This document shows, piece after piece, positions 55,861 to 64,000 of a DNA stretch of 64,000 nt; position 1 is the first letter of the stretch, and every line of letters starts with the position of its first letter. This DNA is from Dehalococcoidales bacterium (lineage in GTDB: Bacteria > Chloroflexota > Dehalococcoidia > Dehalococcoidales > CSSed11-197), in assembly GCA_028717385.1 (NCBI GenBank), contig JAQUNW010000002.1:3465-67464 (forward strand), read 5' to 3'. A model generated the notes under the pieces. That model made no database searches. It saw only the letters and a program-made list of their open reading frames with translations, and was not told where the DNA came from. Made by a program: the position numbers and the translations under genes.

Positions 55861-58560
55861 TTAAACTTTCCGCAAATTTACAGGGCAAACCTTTAGCCCT
55901 GGAATTTTTGCTACCGGATCCAAAGCGTCTGATGTAAGTTGGTTCACTGGTGATTCCTTGAAGTGGAAAGGCATGAAAACCACTCCGGGTGGTGATTTTT
56001 CACTCACTTCAACCTCGGCATAAATCTTGCCTCTCGGGGAATACAACTCAACAACATCTCCATTCACGCACCCCAGTTTAGTTGCTTGTTCGGGATTGAT
56101 TTCAATTCTGCCTTCCGGGCAAATTTCAGTAAGTCCAGGTGACTGGCGGCTGATTGATCCCCCGTGCCAATGGTAAAGGTTTCTGCCGGTGGATAAGGTT
56201 AGCGGGTAGTCTTTATTTGGTACAGCAGTGGCAGGCTGATATTCAACCGGAACAAATTTACCCTTTCCTCGAGTAAATGAACCCAGGTGTAAAAACCTGG
56301 TTCCCGAGTCGTGTAAATCTCGACATGGCCATTGCAAGCCGCCGTATTCAAGCCGTTCGTATGTGATTCCACCGTAGGTTGGTGTGAGGCTTGCAGCTTC
56401 TATCATCACTTGGGAAGGGTGAGAATACTGCATTGGATACCCCATTCTTTGGGAAATATTCATAATAATCTCCCAGTCCGGCCGGCTGAAGGCAACTGGA
56501 TGGATGGCTTTGCGAATCCGCTGGACACGCCTTTCGGTATTGGTAAAAGTACCGTCTTTCTCGGCAAAGCTGGTGCCAGGTAGTACAATATCAGCATATC
56601 GACCGGTTTCGCCCAAGAAAATATTTTGTACAATTAAAAAATCTAATTTTTTAAGCGCGTTTGCCACATGCTTTGAATTGGGATCAGTGAGTGCTGGTTC
56701 CTCTCCCATAATATACATGCCCCTGATTTTTCCTGATTCTGCCGCGTGCATCATTTCAACGAGGGTAAGACCAGCCTTGCATTGCAGTTTTACCTTCCAG
56801 GCGGTTTCAAATTTTTTCCTGGTTGCGTCATCATTTACCGGTTGATATCCCGGAAGCACGTTGGGTAGGGCTCCCATATCACAGGCTCCCTGGACGTTGT
56901 TTTGACCGCGGAGAGGGCATAACCCTGATCCTTCCCGGCCGATATGGCCGGTTGCCATTGCCAAATTCGCCAGGGCGATGACATTGCCGGTTCCACCTAA
57001 ATGCTGGGTTATTCCCATTGCGTAAAGGATCATCGCTGTTTTACTGGTTGCATACAGGCGGGCTGCGGCGGATAGTTCATTGGCTGGAATACTGGTAATA
57101 CGGCTGACAGCATCCACTGTATATGGTGCGACTGTTTTACGAACTTCTTCAAAGCCTTCGGTCCGGTTGCGAATGAAATCGAGATCGGCTAGATTTTCAG
57201 ATATTATTATGTTCAACAGTCCGTTTATCAGAGCAGTGTCAGTGCCTGGCTTGAGGCGTAACCATAGACTGGCATGTTCGGTCATATTTATACGCCTGGG
57301 ATCGGCGACAATCAATTTTGCTCCCTGGTTCTTGACCGCCTCTATTACCTCAAGTGAGATGACAGGATGGTTTTCGCCAGTATTGGAGCCGATAATAAAA
57401 ATACAGTTACTATGGCTGATTTCTGAAATAGAATTAGTCATGGCCCCGCTGCCGAAAGTTGTGGCCAGACCGGCCACAGTGGGAGAATGTCAGAGGCGAG
57501 CGCAGTGATCGATGTTGTTAGTACCGATTACCGCACGAGCAAACTTCTGAAGAAGGTAGTTTTCCTCGTTGGTGCACTTGGCTGAAGAAAGAAACGCCAG
57601 GGAGTCTGGTCCGCTTTCGGCTCTGATGCCAGCAAGCCTTTCGGCTATTGTATCTATGGCTTCTTCCCAGCTGGCACTCCTAAATTTGCCTTCTCCTTTT
57701 TCTCCGATTCGTATTAAAGGGCTTTCAAGTCTTTCTGGGCTATATATATAATCCCAACCGAATTTTCCTTTCACACAAAGGCGGCCATTGTTTACATTTT
57801 CGCCCGTAGCGGGTGATACACTTACGATGCGTCCGTTTTTAGTATTAAGCTCAATATTGCAGCCTACTCCGCAATATGAACAGACCGTTGGGGTCTTCTC
57901 GATTTCCCAGTTTCTCCCGGCTCCTACCCGGCTTTTCTCCACCAGGGCACCAGTAGGGCAGGCTGCAACGCATTGGCCGCAAAAAACACAGGGACTCTCT
58001 TTTAGCGAACGGTCGTAAGCAGTGGCAATTTTACAATTGAATCCCCGGTTCGCAAAGGAGATGGCCTCAACGAATTGTATTTGCTTACAGGCAGCCACGC
58101 AGCGCCCGCAAAGTATGCACTTGTTATAATCCCGGATGAAGAACGGATTGGTCGTATCTGAGGGGTAATTATGCCTTTCCCCATTATATCTGGAGCCGGA
58201 TACCCCCAGTTCGTAGGCATATTTTTCAAGATTGCAATTACCGCTTTTCTCGCACGTCATGCAATCAAAAGGATGGTTTGAAAGAAGCAGCTCAATTACA
58301 CTTCTGCGAGCGCTGAGAGCTCTTTCTGAGGCAGTTTTAATTACCATGCCGCCAGCAACCGGTGTGGCGCATGAGGCAGCCAGGTTCCTTGCTCCTTCTA
58401 CTTCTACCACACACAAACGGCAGCCTCCGCTGGCTGGCAGGTTATCCATATAACAAAGGTGAGGAATTTCTATTCCTGCTTCGCGAGCGGCTTCCAAAAT
58501 GGAAACACCTTCTTCGGTTTCTATAACCTTTTCGTCTATTGTCAGTCTAATTTTTGCCAA
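55861..58560 (-). CDS. fdhA: formate dehydrogenase alpha subunit (NuoG-type N-terminus), selenocysteine-containing; UGA at 57492-57490
   Basis: Track ORFs 57490-58560 and 55861-57477 are in the same frame, joined by TGA. The junction reads ..[30 protein letters not shown].., the canonical FDH active-site Sec context. The N-terminus has 2Fe-2S and 4Fe-4S cysteine motifs. Confidence 0.9.
57461..57477 (-). promoter_or_regulatory. candidate SECIS hairpin for fdhA
   Basis: On the minus strand, 12 nt after UGA: GUGGCC-GGUCU-GGCCAC. This is a 6-bp stem (7 bp with the flanking U-A pair) and a GGUCU apical loop, as in the E. coli fdhF SECIS. Confidence 0.65.
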
Positions 58561-58563
58561 GGT

Positions 58564-61500
58564 TTAATTTTCCTTTAAATCACAGCGCAAACAGCGCCGA
58601 GCTTCTCGTATAGCATTATCCCACGAGAAACCCAAGCTGGTCTCATTGAAATTGCCATCGCGTTCCGCTGGTGTCAGCTCTGGAATCAGGCTACGTGAAC
58701 CAAGCTCGATTTCCTCTTCGCTCCATGGAATGTCCACAGGAGTATTATTAACCCTAAAACGGTCTTTATCAAAGGGTATTCCCCGTATATAGCAGTCTAT
58801 CGATATGGCAGCTCTTTCGCCTCCAGCCATGGCTTCTATGACCGTCAATGGCCCGGTTACGTTATCGCCGGCGGCAAAAACTCCTTCATGCCCTGTTTGC
58901 ATGGTTATATTGTTTATTCCGATAGTTTTATTGGTATTTATTTTAATTGCGCCAGACTGGTTTAGAAAACTGGTATCCGGTATTTGTCCCACCGCGGCAA
59001 TAACCGTATCAGCCTCCAGGCAAAAGTCCGAACCGGGAATGATTTCCGGGCGTCTCCTACCGCTGGTATCGTAAACGCCTGGGCTTGTTCTCAAGCACTC
59101 GACTCCATATACCTTTGCCTTGCTGCCCATTATCTGTAGCGGAGAAGTTGAATCAAGAATTTGGATGCCTTCTTGCTCTGCTTCGCTTATTTCATCGTCA
59201 TTGGCTGGCATATCCCGGCGCGGTCTTCGATACACTATGGTTACCAATTCAGCGCCAAGACGGCGGGCGGCTCGTGCAGTATCAATTGCAACGTTGCCCC
59301 CGCCAATCACCACCACCTTTTTGCCGGGATTAATCTCGTTACCAAGGTTGATTTGTTTTAGGTAACTTATACCGTCATACACACCGTTAAGATCTTCCCC
59401 GCTTATCCCCAGCTTTTCGCCCGTATGCGCGCCGGTAGCCAGCAAAATGGCGCTGTATCCCTGCCTTTTTAGTTCTTCGATAGATGCCACCGGGCTGTTT
59501 AGTTTGATCTCTACTCCCAGCGAGGTGATAAAATTAATATCAGCCTGGAGTACCCGGCGAGGCAGACGGAACTCCGGAATTCCAGCGGCGAGCATGCCGC
59601 CAGCAACTGGAAGAGCTTCAAAAATGGTAACCGAGTAGCCTTTTTTTGCCAGATGATAACCTGCATTCAATCCGGCAGGGCCTGATCCCACAATGGCAAT
59701 TTTTTCCTTCCGCGCCGGTTTAAGCTTTTTTATTACCCCAGTTCTATTTTCAGCACCAAAATCAGCAGCTGCACGCTTTAGGGCGGCAATCGAAACCGGT
59801 TGGTCAATATCACCGCGGCGGCAGCGAGTTTCGCAGGGATGGTGACAAACCCGTCCGCATATACCTGCCAGCGGGTTTCTGCGCCGTTCCAACTCCAGGG
59901 CTTCCTCGAATTTGCCCTGACTGATAAGGGCGATATAGCCTGGAGCATCCACGTTGAGCGGACAGATATGCTCACATGGAGCGTAAACCATTGACTCGCA
60001 CGAAGCTGCCGGGCAGCGCTTTTCCCGGATATGGACTTCATATTCTTCCCGGAAATATTTAATGGTACTTATAACCGGGTTAGGAGCATTTTGCCCGAGT
60101 CCACAGAGAGAAGTGTCCTTAATGTTTTCTGCCAGTTCAAGCAGCAGCTCAATATCCCCTTCTCTGCCTTCACCGCTGGTGATACGGGTAAGAATCTCCA
60201 GCATTCGTTTGGTTCCCAGGCGGCAAGGAGTGCATTTTCCACACGATTCAGATTGAGTAAAGCTGATGAAGAAGCGGGCAATATCTACCATACAGGAAGA
60301 TTCATCCATTACCACCAAACCGCCGGAACCCATTATTGAGCCAATTCCCGAAAGGGATTCATAATCGATAGGCAGCCCAAGATATTTTGAGGGCAGGCAA
60401 CCACCCGAAGGGCCGCCAATCTGAACCGCCTTGAATCTGCGTCCTTCAGGAATGCCTCCACCAATATCGTAGATAAGCTCTCCCAAGGTTGTCCCCATGG
60501 GCACTTCTACCAGCCCGGTGTTATTAACAGCACCGGTGAGTGAAAAAATCTTGGTTCCCTTGCTGGTTTCTGTTCCTATGGCAGCATATTTAGCGCTTCC
60601 CTGGTTGATGATATAAGCAACATTGGCTAGTGTTTCAACATTATTAATATTGGTAGGCTTTCCCCACAAACCACTTTGAGCAGGGAATGGTGGCCGTGGG
60701 TGCGGCCGTCCGATTTTCCCTTCGATGGAAGCCATCAAGGCAGTTTCTTCTCCGCACACAAAAGCTCCAGCTCCTTCAATAACCCTGATTTCGAGGCTGT
60801 AACCAGAATTTAAAATATTATCTCCCAGCAAACCAAGACGTTTGGCGTCTTCTATGGCTAGTTTAAGATTGGAAACTGCCAGTGGGTACTCAGCTCTGAC
60901 ATATATATATCCAGTTGAAGCGCCTGTTGCGAAGGCACCAATGATCATGCCTTCCAGCACCAGGTGCGGATCGCCTTCCATAATGCTGCGGTCCATGAAG
61001 GCTCCCGGATCGCCTTCATCGCCGTTACAAACCATATATTTCCTGTCTCCAGCCGCCTTTCTGGCAAGGTCCCATTTCCTACCGGTGGGGAAACCGGCTC
61101 CTCCTCGCCCCCTCAGCCCTGAGGCAAGAATTTCTTCAATTACCAACTCGGGCGTCATGGAACTTAGTACTTTTCTAACTGCCTGGTAGCCGCCATTGCT
61201 GATGTAATCATGTATGCTCTGCGGGTCCAAATTGCCGTTTCCGGCGAGTACGATACGTTGCTGCTTGGCATAAAAAGGAACTTCGCGGTCAAAAGCCTGC
61301 TTTTTTCCACTGGCAGGATCAACGTAGAGCAGGTGATCAACGACCTGTTTGCCAATAATTGTTGTGGAAATGATTTCCTTGACGTCATTCGGAGTAACCT
61401 GGGGGTAAAATATACCGCTTGGCTGAATAGATACAATCGGTCCCCGTTCGCAAAAGCCATGACAGCCGGTAGCTGAAAGTATTACCCGGTCGTTTAGACC

Positions 61501-61653
61501 CATTTCAGAAAGCTCCCGGGAAAAAGCCTCATAAACCATGCGTCCGCCCTGGGCGTTACACCCGGTACCGCCGCATATCTTTATGTATATTGCATTGCCG
61601 TTTTTTGCGGCTTGCAGAGAACTCTGAAAATTATCAAACTCTGCCAAATTCAT
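58564..61653 (-). CDS. fused NuoF-like (NADH/FMN/4Fe-4S) and GltD-like (FAD/NAD(P)H, Fe-S) oxidoreductase subunit
   Basis: N-terminal thioredoxin-like 2Fe-2S domain, then 'GRGGAGFPTGRKW' and 'ESCGKCTPCRLG' (NuoF). This is followed by a 'CPLNV..GICGRVCHHPCETRCRRG' Fe-S region and 'IAIVGSGPAGLNAGYHLAKKGYSVTIFE' (GltD-like). Confidence 0.85.
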   Translation of the reverse strand: MNLAEFDNFQSSLQAAKNGNAIYIKICGGTGCNAQGGRMVYEAFSRELSEMGLNDRVILSATGCHGFCERGPIVSIQPSGIFYPQVTPNDVKEIISTTIIGKQVVDHLLYVDPASGKKQAFDREVPFYAKQQRIVLAGNGNLDPQSIHDYISNGGYQAVRKVLSSMTPELVIEEILASGLRGRGGAGFPTGRKWDLARKAAGDRKYMVCNGDEGDPGAFMDRSIMEGDPHLVLEGMIIGAFATGASTGYIYVRAEYPLAVSNLKLAIEDAKRLGLLGDNILNSGYSLEIRVIEGAGAFVCGEETALMASIEGKIGRPHPRPPFPAQSGLWGKPTNINNVETLANVAYIINQGSAKYAAIGTETSKGTKIFSLTGAVNNTGLVEVPMGTTLGELIYDIGGGIPEGRRFKAVQIGGPSGGCLPSKYLGLPIDYESLSGIGSIMGSGGLVVMDESSCMVDIARFFISFTQSESCGKCTPCRLGTKRMLEILTRITSGEGREGDIELLLELAENIKDTSLCGLGQNAPNPVISTIKYFREEYEVHIREKRCPAASCESMVYAPCEHICPLNVDAPGYIALISQGKFEEALELERRRNPLAGICGRVCHHPCETRCRRGDIDQPVSIAALKRAAADFGAENRTGVIKKLKPARKEKIAIVGSGPAGLNAGYHLAKKGYSVTIFEALPVAGGMLAAGIPEFRLPRRVLQADINFITSLGVEIKLNSPVASIEELKRQGYSAILLATGAHTGEKLGISGEDLNGVYDGISYLKQINLGNEINPGKKVVVIGGGNVAIDTARAARRLGAELVTIVYRRPRRDMPANDDEISEAEQEGIQILDSTSPLQIMGSKAKVYGVECLRTSPGVYDTSGRRRPEIIPGSDFCLEADTVIAAVGQIPDTSFLNQSGAIKINTNKTIGINNITMQTGHEGVFAAGDNVTGPLTVIEAMAGGERAAISIDCYIRGIPFDKDRFRVNNTPVDIPWSEEEIELGSRSLIPELTPAERDGNFNETSLGFSWDNAIREARRCLRCDLKEN

Positions 61654-61677
61654 TTCAGTAAAAATACCCCAGATGGC

Positions 61678-62139
61678 TTAAGGAAGATTTTCAATCAGCG
61701 CTTCGACCTTTCCCGGTGTCATTTTCCCATAATATTTGCTATCAACAAGCACTACCGGTCCCATAGCGCAGGCACCAAGACAGGCGACTGTTTCCAGGGT
61801 GAACCTATAATCCGGCGTGGTTTGGCCATCTGATATTCCGAGTCGTTTTTCTATAGCTTCCAAAACAGCCTTTCCTCCTCTGACATGGCAGGCTGTTCCG
61901 CGGCAGGCGCGAATAATATTTCTACCCCTGCGTTCCAGGTAAAATTGTGAGTAGAAAGTAGCTATGGAATATATGCGGCTCATGGGAATGTTTAGCGCTC
62001 TGCTGACAATGTTAAGACCTTCTTCTGGCAAATAGCCAAATATTTGCTGAATTTCTTGTAAAAGCGTAATCAGCCCGTCTTCACGGCCGATGTATTTTTC
62101 TACCAGTGGTTTTATTACCGAAATATCGGGTTCCTCCAC
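61678..62139 (-). CDS. NuoE/HydC-like [2Fe-2S] thioredoxin-fold subunit
   Basis: 'IRACRGTACHVRG...LETVACLGACAMGPV' Cx4C..Cx3C motif. GTG start with RBS AGAGAGG. Confidence 0.85.
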   Translation of the reverse strand: MEEPDISVIKPLVEKYIGREDGLITLLQEIQQIFGYLPEEGLNIVSRALNIPMSRIYSIATFYSQFYLERRGRNIIRACRGTACHVRGGKAVLEAIEKRLGISDGQTTPDYRFTLETVACLGACAMGPVVLVDSKYYGKMTPGKVEALIENLP

Positions 62140-62159
62140 CTTAACCTCTCTTTAAAAAT

Positions 62160-62188
62160 GTAAATGAAGCTCGTTTGGCTTCATTTAC
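62160..62188 (-). terminator. terminator-like hairpin in the formate dehydrogenase operon leader (possible attenuator)
   Basis: On the minus strand: GTAAATGAAGC-caaacga-GCTTCATTTAC, followed by AUUUUUAAA. It ends 20 nt upstream of the nuoE-like start codon. Confidence 0.4.
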
Positions 62189-62446
62189 TATCAGATAATT
62201 ATCAATCCGAACGCACCGATTTTTGTTAATCCGACCTTGTCGTTACAGGTCAAAGTATTAATTTGGCTTGTCGAGGATTTTTAGTGATAAAAGCCTTCCT
62301 CCAGCTTGGGGGAATTGAGGGGATAAAACAGGCGCGCTTCGCGACCAGATAATTAGCTTACAATAAAAAGTAGCAACGGTTCAAACTATCAGGCAAGCCG
62401 TATTTTCCAGGTATAATTAGATTTTTCCTTACCGTGTTTTGAATGA

Positions 62447-63226
62447 TTATACCAGCTGCTCCTCCCGGTTAAAGAAGGTTTTGTAACCCATCTGGAGGGT
62501 GAGTATTACCGTCATGGCTACAGATCCCAGAATGGCAAGCATAATTGCAATTTGGTAGGCAATCGCAGTTGTTGGTGAAATCCCGGCAAGTATCTGGCCA
62601 GTCATCATACCGGGAAGAAAAATAATGCCCATTCCCAGCATTGAGTTGATGGTCGGCATAATTGCCGAATCAAATGTTCTGTTGATGATATCTGAGGTTG
62701 CCTCTCTGGGTGCAGCTCCCAATATTAATGCTTCTTCAATCCATTGTTTACGGGTGGTCATTCCATCCAGCAGGTTCTTAACCGCAAGGGAAACTCCCGT
62801 CATAGAGTTACCGATTACCATTCCGGCGATTGGAATAAAGTACTGAGGATCGTACCAGGGATTGACTCCGATTACGGCTAATATGAGGTAGAGCAGACAT
62901 GACCCGGCTCCCAGTCCCATGGAAAGAGCGATAACTATTTTAAGCTCACCAGTCAAAATGCCTTTAAATTTACCTATGATGGTATATATGGCAAAAACTT
63001 CCATCAGGGCAACTATCCCGATGGTGGCAAAGGGGTTGGGGTGGTCCAATATATATACAAGAATATAGCCGGCTAAAACCAGCTGTAAAGTCATTCTGAC
63101 CGAGGAAAGCACAATTTCCTTTGTCCGGCTTATCCCCCTGCTTCTTGTGATTATCAGGACGATTATTACAAAAAGATAAGCAGTTATAATCTGCCACAAG
63201 GTTAGTTCAGCTACCCCGTTCATCAT
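62447..63226 (-). CDS. fetB: FetB/YbbM-family (UPF0014) ABC iron-export permease
   Basis: 259-aa multi-TM protein overlapping the upstream ATPase gene. Sequence pattern is typical of the YbbM family. Confidence 0.75.
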   Translation of the reverse strand: MMNGVAELTLWQIITAYLFVIIVLIITRSRGISRTKEIVLSSVRMTLQLVLAGYILVYILDHPNPFATIGIVALMEVFAIYTIIGKFKGILTGELKIVIALSMGLGAGSCLLYLILAVIGVNPWYDPQYFIPIAGMVIGNSMTGVSLAVKNLLDGMTTRKQWIEEALILGAAPREATSDIINRTFDSAIMPTINSMLGMGIIFLPGMMTGQILAGISPTTAIAYQIAIMLAILGSVAMTVILTLQMGYKTFFNREEQLV

Positions 63227-63875
63227 TAAGCTCCTGGCCGGTTATTTTGCCTTGGGCGACTCTGATAATAATATCTGAATATTTTCGAGCAATCGTTTTT
63301 GAATGAGTAACCATTATAATTGATTTTTTTTCTATGCGAGCCTTGTGGCAAATGGTTTCGATGACAATATCTGCACTGTCAGCGTCAAGTGCGGAAGAGG
63401 GCTCGTCCAGCAGAAAGACTTCAGGTTGCAGAAGAATAATGCGAGCAAGGGCTAGCCGTTGCTTTTCTCCTCCGGATAGCACGTTGACCGTAGTCTTCAA
63501 GTTTTTATCCAGCCCAACGCTTTCGAGAACCTGGTAAATCGCACTGTCGTGCGGAAAAGGACGTTTTTGAAATTTAAAAGGTGCGTTTAGGTTATCATGG
63601 ATGCTTCCTTCAAACATCACCGGGTTTTGAGATAGCATAACTACCCGGCGACGATGCTCAACCGGATTAGTCTCTACTAAAGGAGTGCTGTTATAAAAAA
63701 TCTTCCCTTCAGTTGGGGAGACCATTCTGTTTAGCATTTTAAGAATGGTAGTTTTTCCTCCTCCGCTTGGCCCGAAGAGGGTGGTGATCCCCCTGCCAAC
63801 AGACAGATTGGGGATATCAATAACATCCCGATAACGGACGGATATAAAATCGAACAGGTTATGCTCTTTTTCCAT
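63207..63875 (-). CDS. fetA: FetA/YbbL-like ABC transporter ATP-binding protein
   Basis: 'LFGPSGGGKTT' Walker A, 'LSGGEKQRLALA' signature and 'FLLDEPSSALD' Walker B. Confidence 0.85.
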   Translation of the reverse strand: MEKEHNLFDFISVRYRDVIDIPNLSVGRGITTLFGPSGGGKTTILKMLNRMVSPTEGKIFYNSTPLVETNPVEHRRRVVMLSQNPVMFEGSIHDNLNAPFKFQKRPFPHDSAIYQVLESVGLDKNLKTTVNVLSGGEKQRLALARIILLQPEVFLLDEPSSALDADSADIVIETICHKARIEKKSIIMVTHSKTIARKYSDIIIRVAQGKITGQELNDERGS

Positions 63876-64000
63876 CTAAATCCACCCTGCTGTTAATTAA
63901 TGATGGAACTAAAGCTAGCACCTGGATAAACCTTTGTCAAAGTAAAAAGATCAGCCTGGAATATTCGTTGAGATTTGCTCCTGAATAAGAAAACAATCGC

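Noticed and set aside
58805-61476. Numerous plus-strand track ORFs (60-115 aa) inside the NuoF-GltD and FdhA genes. Similar antisense ORFs lie inside gyrB, selA/selB, obg, relA, nadB, the BNR protein gene and others.
   Set aside because: They overlap long, family-recognisable genes on the opposite strand. They have low-complexity, Ser/Pro/Arg-rich compositions and no RBS. They are classic shadow ORFs.
62140-62446. Moco/Wco riboswitch assignment for the formate dehydrogenase leader.
   Set aside because: I could not match the consensus from memory. It is kept only as an unexplained structured leader; see the findings.

Overview
This 64-kb bacterial chromosomal window is mostly housekeeping genes and spans the replication-origin region. 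dnaA starts at 22447. Genes to its left (nadC, nadB, yajC, miaB) are on the minus strand and genes to its right (dnaA, obg, nadD, selD/A/B) are on the plus strand. Gene content suggests an anaerobe, possibly Chloroflexota/Dehalococcoidia-like, but I cannot verify that without a search.

The main theme is selenium.
- A compact, complete selenocysteine-decoding locus sits at 26552-31014: tRNA-Sec, selD, selA and selB.
- Three genes carry in-frame UGA codons that the six-frame ORF track splits or misses:
  - selD, UGA at 26733.
  - A NuoG-type formate dehydrogenase alpha subunit, UGA at 57490-57492, with an fdhF-like GGUCU hairpin just downstream.
  - A 99-aa HesB/IscA-like gene at 12523-12822 that is absent from the track.

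The HesB-like gene lies in a roughly 2.2-kb decayed integrative island. The island is bounded by a tRNA-Met gene and a 32-nt copy of that tRNA's 3' end. It also carries an integrase N-terminal remnant and an orphan single-HKD PLD-like protein with two C-terminal zinc ribbons.

Other points of interest:
- An internally duplicated Rossmann-like protein with CARF/Csa3-like motifs, divergent from a roughly 1000-aa Asp-box/FN3 surface protein.
- A WYL regulator, an RNase-H-like exonuclease and lexA close together; lexA has a perfect 30-nt palindromic GAAC-N4-GTTC operator.
- Phased TTTTCGATAA repeats downstream of dnaA, a candidate oriC.
- nadB has no canonical start codon upstream of its FAD-binding motif and is in frame with the yajC stop.
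- The formate dehydrogenase operon has a 300-nt leader ending in a terminator-like hairpin.

I saw no CRISPR array, rRNA gene or intact transposon. Many track ORFs are antisense shadows of the real genes.
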